From Phoronis australis (lineage: Eukaryota; Animalia; Phoronida), in NCBI GenBank assembly GCA_002633005.1, contig NMRA01000066.1:124001-188000 (forward strand): a DNA stretch of 64,000 nt. Direction: 5' to 3'. Both the position numbers and the translations under genes were made by a program. Shown one piece after another: positions 10,617-22,600 of this stretch. Below the pieces are notes generated by a model. The model made no database searches. It saw only the letters and a program-made list of their open reading frames with translations, and was not told where the DNA came from. Position 1 is the stretch's first letter. Every line of letters begins with the position of its first letter.

Positions 10617-13600
10617 GTAACTGATGACAGTTTAGACAATGAAAAAACTCGACTGTGTATTGTAGACGTAGTGTCGATCGCGTCGGCACTAGTCGGATAT
10701 AATGGACCCTAACTTAGTCCAAAGAAATCCACTAAATGTAGGTCTAAATGAATGATTTTGGTATCGTTGCATTCCTCAGACATCTGGCTATTCGTACAAA
10801 TCATTTTCACGACCCTCAATTACTCTAGTCTATAGCTACGCTGTTCCGAACTCGGTCCACTTTACTATCTTTAGCCACGCGCATCGTGAAATCGGCAGCC
10901 ATTTCAGGGAACTTATTGTATCTAGCGACATCTATCGGCGATTTGCTACAACATGCGCTGTTCCTTTTTCATCAGTCAATGTCATTGGTCGATTTCGTCA
11001 ATATTATTAAAGTCAGTCGTTATTAATCATCTGCTCTCATCATCACCTTCGTCGTCTCTCACGATCGTATCTGTCATCGTCATGTTATCGTCGTCCATGT
11101 TGACTGATGAAAAAGGAACAGCGCGTGTTGTAGCAAATCGCCGATAGATGGCACTAGATATAGTAAGTCCAATGAAATGGCTGCCGATTTCACAATGCGC
11201 GTGGCTAACGCTAAAGTGTACCAAGTTCAGAATGGCGTAGTTATAGACTAGAGTAATTGAGGGTCGTGAAAAGGATTTGTATGGATAGCCAGATGTCTGA
11301 GGAATGCAACGATACCAAAATCATTCATTTAGACCTACGTTTAGTGGATTTATTTGGAATAAGTGAGGGTCCATTATATCCGACTAGTGCCGTGTTGATC
11401 GTACTCGTAGTTCTAGTGGTGTCGACTGTCGTAGATCAGTGTTTCCTCCGCTCCGCTGAATCATATAATGAGTATCTGTTTGCCACTTTCTGACAGAAAA
11501 TTTATGAACGTATATGCTTGATATTAATATTTGCTGAATCCTCTCGCCTTGGTGATTATGGTGATTCCAAAATGTATTGCTCGTACCGATTAGGCTCTTC
11601 TTATTCATGCATTCACTGTTTTTACGTGGTGTTCATTTGCGGCAGCTGATCTCGAGTGACTGCCATTATAAAACTGCGACACCTCTCGGCAGGAATGATA
11701 AGTAAATGGATCACGCGTGTGTCAAAAAAGACCTCAAAATTGGCTAGTATATTGAAGATACTGCATGGCATGTTAGAGAAACTCTGAGTAAAAAACAGTA
11801 ATAGTCATTTATAAAGGATTGCCTCTTCAAAACATCTCACGGACATGATTTCGGCTCATGTAATGGCTGACATGTGTCGTTTTAGAGACAAAAAACTGTT
11901 TCAAACAAGTGGAATTATGCAATAAGACAGCTAATGTCACTTGCAGGCTAAAATACGCAAACAGAAACACATTCTGCATCGAACTAACTTCACTCTAGGT
12001 AAACCGTGAGTTATCAATCCTGCCGAAAGGTGTCGCACTTTTAAAAGTGGCTGCCTCACTAAATCTGCGTTGCAAATGAATACCTTGGAAAAACTCGGAA
12101 ATTATGAATAAGAATTGACCAATCAGTACAAGTAATACATTTTTGGAATCACCGTGACTAGAGGATTCGGAAAATAGTAGTATAAAGTATGTACGTTAAC
12201 AGAGTCGGATTGTAAATAATAACCAAAATTTGCCTATTAGCCTAATGGTTAGGATGCTTCCCAGTTTTATCAGGGGTCGCTGGTTTGATTCTTGGGTTGT
12301 GTGGTCATGGCAGTTACTGTAACTGGCGTAGTTGGCAAATGGATGATCTACTGATGAAGCACTTCCAACTAGTACTCGCAGACCTCAGATGATGTGTGTG
12401 GTGTGGTGGTGATAGCAGTTTCAGCAGCCGATAAGTTTATAGTGAATTCCTAGGTTATCTTTACCTGAATCACATGTGTTATCTGGAAACTCAATGTGTG
12501 ACACTGATCATAATGGATTCTGTCTGTAATTATGAGTATTGATCCAGATACAATGCACAACTGACATGAAAGATGACTTTTCTAGTCAAGAAATTCAACA
12601 AGACATTTGTTGTTCTTTCAGGTGGTGTACTAAAGATAGTCCGTGAACACTACCTCCGTGATGACATCTGGTGTGGCTCCCCTTTGTGTTCAATTTGTCA
12701 TCAGGACTCTCCTGTTCTAGAGGCGTGTCCACAGTCACACAGTAGTCGATTCACCATACCACATTATATTGTTCCAGACACCAATGTTGTCCTTCATCAG
12801 GTATTGAGTGATGCACCTGTTCTCATTCTAAACTTACCTTCCATGTACAACAGACAGATCAGAAATGGAATCGCACCAATCAGCTAACTCATGTTAAACT
12901 AACATTAAGCGCTGTTTGGATACTATGACTTAATACTTTAGGACATCAGATTTCACGCGATAGCGAATATTGAATGTTTTGCTTTAAGTTTGAGATGCGT
13001 CACTAAAAATGGAGTCCTGAAACAGTGTTCTCGTCTCTAGAAAATTGGATTACTTAGTGTAAAGTTTGAAAACCAGCACAAAGAATTAGAACTTTGGAAT
13101 ATTAGTTGATGTTGACACAAATCAGGGACATTATGGACTTCTTGTATTTTCTCAATGCACTGATTTCATGATTTCACAAAAAAAAACCATGGTATGAAGT
13201 ATGTATGTAGACTTTTTGAACAAAGTCATGTGAAAAAGCTTTTGCAAACTCTTTTGGCAGTAATTCTAACTCATTGTTACGATGAGTCAAAGTAGGTTGT
13301 GGAGAACACTGTCGCGCTCAAAGAACCATTTCTCAGTGCTGCAACCATACCGTAAGATTCTCCTGGAGAAGTTACTACGATAAAAATTCTTCAGTTTTGG
13401 GACAGTGGAAAATTAATTACTTTGTTCAAGGACAGAGCTTGTACCATATTTTATAAACAAGCAATACTGGCCATACCAAATTAACAAATTCTGATCAACA
13501 AATCGCTTCATTCTTATTTTATCTTTGAAGATAGCCAAGCTGCTTTCAATATTTAATCTACCGAATAATTTATCTGTGACACATGTTGCCGGTTTCCATT

Positions 13601-16600
13601 ACAGACTGATAATTTTTGTACACAGCCATGCTGATAGTTAAAGTTGATTTTTGCTCAATGTGATTCTAAAAGATTTTCTGGTAGTATCTTTAAACCTGAA
13701 CATCTGGTTTGGATGTGCAATGTAGTATGAATGTTTAGTGATGGCATTTCTGTTATGATGCGATTTGGAATTGAAAATAAAAATAAAAATGCAATCACAT
13801 CACGTTGTCAAAAATTTTGTCCATCTTGGATTTCTTCTCTCTTAGATAATCACAGGGGCATTTTAGTTCTTGAAACTTTTACAATTTGTTTGTATTAATC
13901 GGTGTGCGCTGACAACGGGTGTAACCATCGTATGCTCCCAGAGAGTTGGTGTGCGCTGACAACGGGTGTAGCCATCCTATGCTCCCAGAGAGTTGGTGTG
14001 CGCTGACAACGGGTGTAACCAGCGTATGCTCCCAGAGAGTTGAGGAGAAAGATTGATTAGGTCCACAGCTCTATAATAATTTTGAAAGTGTTTAGTTTTG
14101 TGCTACGTAAAATCCGACCTATTCCTTGTTATAAATGTTGGCCTTTTTTATATGATCGAGTCCAAAACATCAAAATGATGTCGTACTCTAAATAAACCCA
14201 TTATTTTCATCTGAGATTTTAAGACTTGCTGTGACAACCTGACCATAGCCTTCTGTCTTGCGTGCACAAGCGATTTTTTCTGTTAGAAAAGCTAAATTTG
14301 AGTCTGGGTAATACCACTATTCATACTCTGCAACAATGATTGTGAAATTCTTTGTTTTTAGGCTGACGTTCTTGAGCACAAGGTTATGACAAATGCCATC
14401 ATCTTGCAAGTCGTACAACAGGAGGTTCGTCATCGGAGCCCGCCATCATACAAAAAGGTTAAGGATATGTTGGCAAATCCTGACAAGCATTTCTACTCTT
14501 TAGTCAACGAACACCACAAGTAAGCAAGTATTTGCCGTAATTAGGTTAATTTGTCAAAAACTAATTCTAACTGTTGTTTTGCTCTTTGAGTGTATGACAT
14601 TTTCTGAATCTTTGATAAAAGAGAAACATAACAGGTTCACTTATGCGACCCAAGATTTTGTTTACTTGTCAAGCTGGTGAGGTCTCTTCACATCCATCTA
14701 AGCACACACTAAAAATACTATGGGAAGTAAAGCGGGAGAAATTCCGAATTGTTTGGCAAAAATAGGAAGGGCCTGTGTACGAATCATGCACATGTAATGT
14801 GTGCCGTTGGTCTACTTTTGCCTTAGGAGGGCTCCTGCGCGGTATATCGGACCCGAGAGGAGGGAACCAGTCATTAATGAGCACACGAGATACTCCTAAT
14901 TTTCCATTCAATCCGATCTCTGGTGTACTGGTGAACAATTGCTGAGTCTGGCGGCTTTTTATTTCAAGTATTTTATTTTTATATTTTCTGCACTTGCCAA
15001 TATGATTCACTGGGTCAAGAATGGGAAAGTACCCAACTCACCGATCATTGCGATTGGAACTGAGTAACTCGCCGAAAGGCACATGTGTCAGTGAAAGAGT
15101 TAAACTTGGAAAAAGGTTGATTTATGTTCATCGATTCAAAGATTGTTTTCATAAATCTGAACGTGTGAAAACTTAGCCAACTCAATTTTGCAATGTGTTT
15201 ATTTTTATATTTTAGGGATATGTATGTGGAGAGGTTAAAAGGCGAGTCCTCTAATGACCGAAATGACCGGGCAATACGACAGGCAGTCAGTTGGTACCAA
15301 AACCATTTGGCCGATTGCAATATACAGATGGTTCTGATAACCAATGATATCGACAACAGAGACAAAGCAATTAAAGAGGGTCTCAATGCATGCACAGGTA
15401 TGGTGGGTTGATTGTTGTCCTTATTAAATATTGTATGCATCGAAGGACCCCGTTTTACCATAGGTCAGACGTCCAATCTTAGCTAAGAGGTCATAACTTG
15501 CGTGAAGTGCAGTTATGAAACTCGAGACTGAATTAGATTGTTAAATTTAAATTTAAATTTAAATTACAAAAATGGCCAACTTTACCGCAGTTACAACGTT
15601 TCGTTCTTATAAATACGCAAAATCATGTTCCCAATAACATATCTACAACCATCTTAGGTATGACCTGGCGCACTTACCGCTACTTTCCGAAGGTTTTAAG
15701 ATGAAATCTCAAAAAGGCTCCAACAGTTTTCTTAACTCTTCTGTTTCGTTTTATGCCACTTTTGATTTTATTTCATAAAAATCATTAAAGTCCTATTTTG
15801 GTAGCCCCTCGTGTAAAAATGGAATTACATTTTAATAAAAGCATTAGGTGACATTTTGGAGAATGCTGCGTAAAGCATAGTGTGTGAAGGTTTTGTTTGA
15901 ATCCACACTGCCGTTTTTCAGGTATGATCTTTCAAAGTTAGCTAAATTTCTAAATTTCTAGGGTCCTATAGTACAATAAGGTATAATGTGAATTTTTTTT
16001 TTCGTTCTGGTTAAATTTGCATCATCCACTTAGTGACCTTGTGATACCTGTGTGATTTCAGTGTCAGACTATGTTAACAGTCTGAGAAACTGTCCGGAAA
16101 TTGTTGATCTCTTGGCCATGTCTGAAAAGCAACAGGTGAGTAGACATTTAGTACTTGTCACATTCACGGCACCTTATTTCAGTCTTTTAGAACATGCCTC
16201 TAGTATACGCTATAGGTAAAGAGGGAGTGCAGCGTTCAAACACGTTGCGTTATGTTTTGAAACTCGACGCAAATAAGTCGAACTTGTCACGGCAGATTTC
16301 AAACGTGTTACGGGTACGAATCTAAATAGATTGTGAAGAACATTGACAATACAATTATAATGTATTTAACAGATTGGCAAGGATGCCTCTAATGTTACAT
16401 TGGTACAAGATAAAGCTACCTCAAAATATTGAAATCATGAATTTATTTACGGTCTCACCAGGTTGATTCAAGCTACGGTAAGTTCTCATTTCCCGAGCAC
16501 CTGCACCTGTCAGAGATTCAGAAGGGCATCAGATCGGGCAAGTACCTACAAGGGACATTCCGCGCCAGCAGGGACAACTTCCTGGAAGCCACTGTCACCA

Positions 16601-19600
16601 TTAGGGATCAGGACAAACCGGTGAGCCTTGACCACACCCTCATGATGCTGTGCCTAATTATTCTGCGCATAAGTTAGATCTTTGCTTAGCTGAGATTTTC
16701 GGTGCTGTTGTTCTAGTTCTTGTGCTCTACTCTATATAAGTCAAGTTTTGCCCTACTTTAAAAGATAAAATGTCTTGGTCCTGTTGAATCCAACTTTTGC
16801 AAGTTTTACTGTATTATTGAATCTGAAGATAATTTTTCGTGGTGGGTTTTACCTGTTTAAACTAACCCGATTGCAATGCCAATTTCTTTGGCTTATTTAT
16901 CAGCATCTGTGCAGGTCTTTTCAGATGTGCTCAACATTGAATAGTTTTGATATAAATATCAAGCGGATGTTCTAAATTTTGTGATGTATCATGAATTTGT
17001 CAAAAATCCCAAAAAGGCCTTGTATTGATTTAGTTGCTGCATGAATTCTGCATCGCGGTGTTCACTGCTAGGTCAAAGTGAAGTATTTTACTGGTGGTTC
17101 AGGATTGATAACTTTTGTTGTCTGTGATTTAAACTTTGAAGTTGTCATAACTTATAGTGAAGTTGTATGTGTTCACCCTTGCCTCATAACTAAAGTGGCT
17201 ATTGTCACGTTGGAGCACATGCACTTCTAAAGTGAAACAGCCTAATTTTGTTTGAGTTTTGCGTTTGTCAAAAGACATAATTCAAGTCTTACAATAAGAC
17301 CAAGTTAATAGTTCTGTTTTTCCTCAACTGTGCCACAAGTGATGCTCACAAGTTGTATTTTGTGGATGTTAAGCTATCAAACTAGTTCCGTTGTAGTTGT
17401 TAAAGTAATTTTTTTGTCCTCTGAATGTTCTTTCAATCTCGAAGAATGTCTATGGTTTCACTGCGTTCATCAGACTGTTCTCAGAATGGACATGTCATAC
17501 ATACAGTAGGTTTTATTTAATAGACTGGACAGCGTCAAATATCGGCAAAGTTTTCACTCATAAAACCATGCCTAATCTCTATTCAGTTTCGTCTAGAATC
17601 TGTCTCATTGCTGACCAAATCTAGATAAAATCTGGATAAGTTTTGCTCCACACACAACTCAATGCGCAAGACCTTTCAGCGTCTACGTGCAGTAATGTAT
17701 TACTAAACTCTGACTAAATTTTAACAAGAAGTGACATTTTACAGTGATAAGAGTTTGACTAAATTGCCAAATAATTCTGGCAAGAAGTTTGTCACAATTT
17801 GCCAGAGTCTGAGCTCTGTCAAAATTGTCTTGTTTGTTCAGGAAAGTAACGTGCCTGTTCTGCACCCAATCTAGGTCTTCTTACAAGGCCACAATAGTCT
17901 GAATCGTGCGGTCAATGAAGACGTGGTAGCCGTGGAGATACTGCCTGAGAAGGAGTGGACGTGTCCTTCGTCCATCGTATTGGAAGACGAATCGGAAAAG
18001 ACTGATGATCAGGAGATTGATGAAGTACGGTTTGTTGTCTTGCACTGAACTCACTAGGTGGCAGCCGAGTTACTGGAAGATGACTTATCTTCTTGCTCTC
18101 TTTTGAATTTGTTCTTCTGAAACGAGTTTATGGGTCGAAAGATTTTTAATTGCAGTTGTGTTTTTCTCGTTTTTCAAAATATTTTAAGTTTTTGTTGAGT
18201 GCCCTTCTGTGTTATAATTTCATCTGTATAGAAACAAGCAAACTGTCTCAATCAATCGTGAGATTGTCACTTTAAGCCAGAAATGAAGATTTTGTAGGAA
18301 ACAGAATCGTTATTCACTGTTGATGTGGCAGCTGGAAACTTGTGTTCCTTCCAAGAAGCAAACTTATGATTTTGACCTTTAGGTGTCGCTGTAAAATTGA
18401 TCTCATTTGTTCCTTACTCAGATAAAAATAATTTAAGTCTGTTGTTCCTTGAGACCATTCGAAGTGCATAAAATGACACATCTTGATAAAATGACACGTC
18501 CTGATAAAATGACACGTCTAGATAAAATGACAATGAAACTTGTAGAGCATGATGTGGAACACCAACTGTCAATTCTTTCAAAGCCCTGAAATCACCTCCA
18601 ATTTTACTGTAGATCAATAACTGAGATCAGTTTCATGATAGCAAGTCATCTAATCCAATGCTGTATTTTGTGACGGTTGGTGGGCTTATAATTATCCAAA
18701 TTAACAGATCACAGGTGTGAATTTTCTGTCTTCTGTTTTTCCACGGAAATGCATCTTGAGTAATATTATCGAATTCTGTTTCCAGCGTACTGTCAGTGTT
18801 TGCAGGTATTGAACAACATTTTCTCGGGTTTGCAGGAAAAACTTCTCAAGACTAAAGTGAGGGAAAGGCATGTGACCGGCCGTGTGGTCGGCATCATTAA
18901 GAGGAAGTGGCGACAATACTGTGGTATTCTTCAGCCATCACTGGTCAAAGGGGTGAGGGTGTTTTCTTTACATGGAGCTCAGCCATGTCTTGAAAGTCAT
19001 GTTAATAACTGTTTGAATACCTCTGTGCCGTGTTTAAAATCATGAGTCACAATGCTGGAAATACCTGAGTCTTTTCTGATCTTTATAATATGATAACCAA
19101 ATAATTGAAACAGTATCGCATGATATATATGATTAAACTAGACTTAACAGCGCTGCTGTTAGCTGCATTTTCATTAAAATCTTTAATTTAATTTTAATGA
19201 AGTTGATCGCTGATACCACAGCCTGTGATTTTAGTAGTCAATGCTCATAAAATACTGTCAGTGCCTTTTATTGAATGAGATTTAGCCCTGTCTACAGCAT
19301 TTGAGTGTAAACATGAAAGTTCTAGATTTGAATCTTCACTGACGCTAATCTCAGAAAATACAGTTTTCCTGCAGATAATGTTACTCAAAGTGCAATTGTT
19401 TAAAATGTAGCAATTGGCAGCTGTCATTCACTCAATCATGCTTGGGAATGGTGAGTGCAACAAATTTTGCCATATTAAAATTTTGAAGCTTCCTGAATTG
19501 TTTGCTTTTCAGTCCAATCGTCATTTGTTTGTTCCTGCTGAGCGGAGGATACCAAAGATCCGTATTGAGACTAGACAGGCAGAGACATTAAAGGGCCAGA

Positions 19601-22600
19601 GGATTGTCGTATCAATTGACGCATGGCCGCGCCACTCTAGATATCCCCAGGTACATACCATGGATGCTGTCACAGAAGACGTGCTAGTCATCCCAAATTT
19701 TGAGACCATGTGGAGGCATTAAACAGTCAATATTTTTCTCAGAAAGAAGAAATATTGTGATAACTGGTATTTTATATTGAGCTGCACTTGATGGATTAGT
19801 TTTTCGAGTTTTGAATTTTATTGAAATTCGCAACATTTTGGGTTTTGTGCTCTACAAACACAAGAGACCATTTGTTGCCTTTTTAAAGTTTTCTTGAGAG
19901 CTTCACTGGCGAGTTAACAATGGCTCTGAAAGATAAAATAAAGACTCGTACCTGTAGAAAACACGAAGTATTAACTTGTCTCATTTCACGACCTTAAATC
20001 AAAATATTTCCCATTGTATGAAACGGAATATCCAAGGTAATGCTCATATTACCTGTTGCAACATATAAGCAGTGAGATGTGTAGTCACAGTGGAATGGAA
20101 TGAACATCATTGAAATTTTGAGGTGATTTAGTCATTTTTTGTGAGTCATTTTTCGAAAATCAATCCCATTATTCATTTGTTATTCTCTTAACATCACATT
20201 ATCGTGTTTGACTCATCCATGACCAAGTTGAAACCTTGATTGCAGGGTCACTTTGTGAGGCGTCTCGGTGGTATTGGAGACAAGGACACTGAAAACGAAG
20301 TGCTTCTTTTAGAACACGATGTTCCGCACAACACATTCTCACAGGAGGTACTCAGTTTCCTGCCAGAAATGCCATGGACCATAAAGGAAGAGGTGAGCAA
20401 ATGCCGTATCTGTTTGATTTTTAAATCTTAAAAGTACAGTAATTGGCATAATTATTAAGTTATCAGACAAAATGTCTCAAAATTCCATTTCTTGGTGACT
20501 GAATTTAACCGTAATTCCCAGTACTGGAAGTTTCCGTGTATTCGGAGAATGAAAAATTTCAGATGCTTTAGTAATACGGAATGAATGCCCAGGCCTAAAA
20601 GTTGACGTTGAGTGGGCTTTTAAGAGGAAATTTTCCAAATAAACACCTTTCTATCTGGACACTTGACACCAGAAGTTGTAACACCAAATAAACGCCCATG
20701 GGCATAATTTTCCGAATTACATGCCCATGGGTGATTCATTGGGTGGGCTTATCTACGGAAAATCCCAGTAGTAGGTTGTCTGTTTTGACAAAGAATGGGG
20801 TAGAATTGCTGGGAAAGTTAATCAACATGGAAGGATTACAAAAAGGATTACTGCTGGAACGGGTAGTCATGACAGGTCGTTAACCGTTATTTTGCTGTAA
20901 TCAGAATTTGCCGCCAGGGCAGCAAAATAATATTCCATCTGATTATTTTTGCCGTGCACTGTATGAATAAAGTGGTGAATTGTTTGCCTCTGTTTAGAAC
21001 GTTTTTGAATAAGTTGATTTTCTTGCTATTTTTTTTTCTGATGATCTAGCATAAACCAGTCAAACATAGTAATGTTTTGATTAATTACAATACAAAACCA
21101 GACAACATTTTTGACGGGTTACAAGTTACCATTTGCCATTTCCATATGTATATTATATGAAAACGCATGAAAATAAGCTTTCAAAGCACAGGAAAGGATG
21201 TAGTTGGGTCATTAAAACTGCCAAGACAAGTGTTTTATTTAAACATGAAATTGTTAAGTGGACACTAATCAAGGCATATTCCTTGTTTTTAGGATATGAA
21301 AAAACGGCGAGACCTGCGTCACCTGTGTATATGCAGTGTGGACCCCCCAGGTTGCACTGACATTGACGATGCTCTTCACTGTCGGAAGCTCGAGAATGGA
21401 AATGTGGAGGTCGGCGTCCATATTGCTGATGTCACTCATTTCATTCGTCCAGGCAATGCCCTTGATAATGAGGCTGCCAACAGGGGTACTACAGTGTATC
21501 TCATAGACAAGGTGGGGATGGTTTTTGAAACGTTAGCCTGATAAGCATGACACTGGTATTAAATCCCCATGCAATGGCAATTTTGAAAAGCATTGTTTTG
21601 GTTTGTATTTTGAGGTTGAACACGGTTTCAATACAGCATTAGCATTTCATAATTAATTACACAATGATTAAACCAAGCACTGTTTGAAATTCATTGATTG
21701 TGTGAGGGGACGATTCAACACCTCTAATTTTTTTATTCTAATTTCAAGTTTTCATTTTTGGCTTGACCTAATTAGCGTTGCATAGGTCTAGAAGCAGAGT
21801 TCTTTAAATTTGTGTCGATTAGCCTGTAATTGACCATTGTGTTCCAAATCTGACTGGATTTTTATGGTGTTTCGCATTCTACCTGAAGCAGATGCTTCTA
21901 AACCTGTCATTTGGTATGTGTACCCTAAAAATTTAGTTGTTGAACATTTCAACTAACATTCTCAAACTGCTGGTACATCGGACTACTATTTCTATGGGGT
22001 CGAATTTTTTGTAAAATGATAATGGCGCCGTGCAATTGTTAGGTAATCATTTCACTAATAGAAATAGTTGCCAAAGTTGTCATTTTTCTGTTTTTGAAAG
22101 GCCAATTATTATTTCTATTTTTAAAACTTTTATTTGGAGTAATCATGTTCAATTTCATGCACTGGTCTTGCAATTGTCCCTTATAGATAATTCACTATAT
22201 GCAATTAGAAAGATTAAATAAATATTGAAAAGTACATAAAAACATGAACTAATGAATCAGTGTAAATTGTGCATCTCTTAAAACAATAAGGAGACAAAAA
22301 CAGTATGGGATGTAAAACACGTGACTGTGCAGAAACTAAAATTGTGGACAATAAAACTGAAGCTTGAAAACAACTTATTCATGACACAGCAAAATTTTCA
22401 AAATTTCTGAGCAACTTCTCAAGGTGGATGGGAGCTGATCGTAAAATGTGGTGGCTCCTTTAAACTAACGTACTATAAATAATCAACATTCGGTGCATTG
22501 TGAGAGTGTGTTTTGGGTTTGTCTTAATGTATATTTTTGCTGAGAAATTTGAGAAAAAAATACTAATTTTCCCCGTTATACTGTTGGCTAAATGGGTGAA

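Noticed and set aside
10621-10650. CTGATGA...GAAA at the start of DIS3 intron 1
   Set aside because: No stem II or stem I pairing.
11027-11224. Acidic ORF ([23 protein letters not shown]) antisense in DIS3 intron 1
   Set aside because: Arises from the low-complexity spacer and arm of the fold-back element; no other coding evidence.
12232-12305. Functional tRNA gene
   Set aside because: A/B boxes are present but the acceptor, anticodon and T stems do not pair properly.
13901-14041. CRISPR-like appearance of the 47-bp repeats
   Set aside because: No unique spacers, eukaryotic intron, no cas genes.
17445-17482. Minus-strand CTGATGA-ACGCAGT-GAAA hammerhead-like match
   Set aside because: Stems I and III do not form; likely chance.
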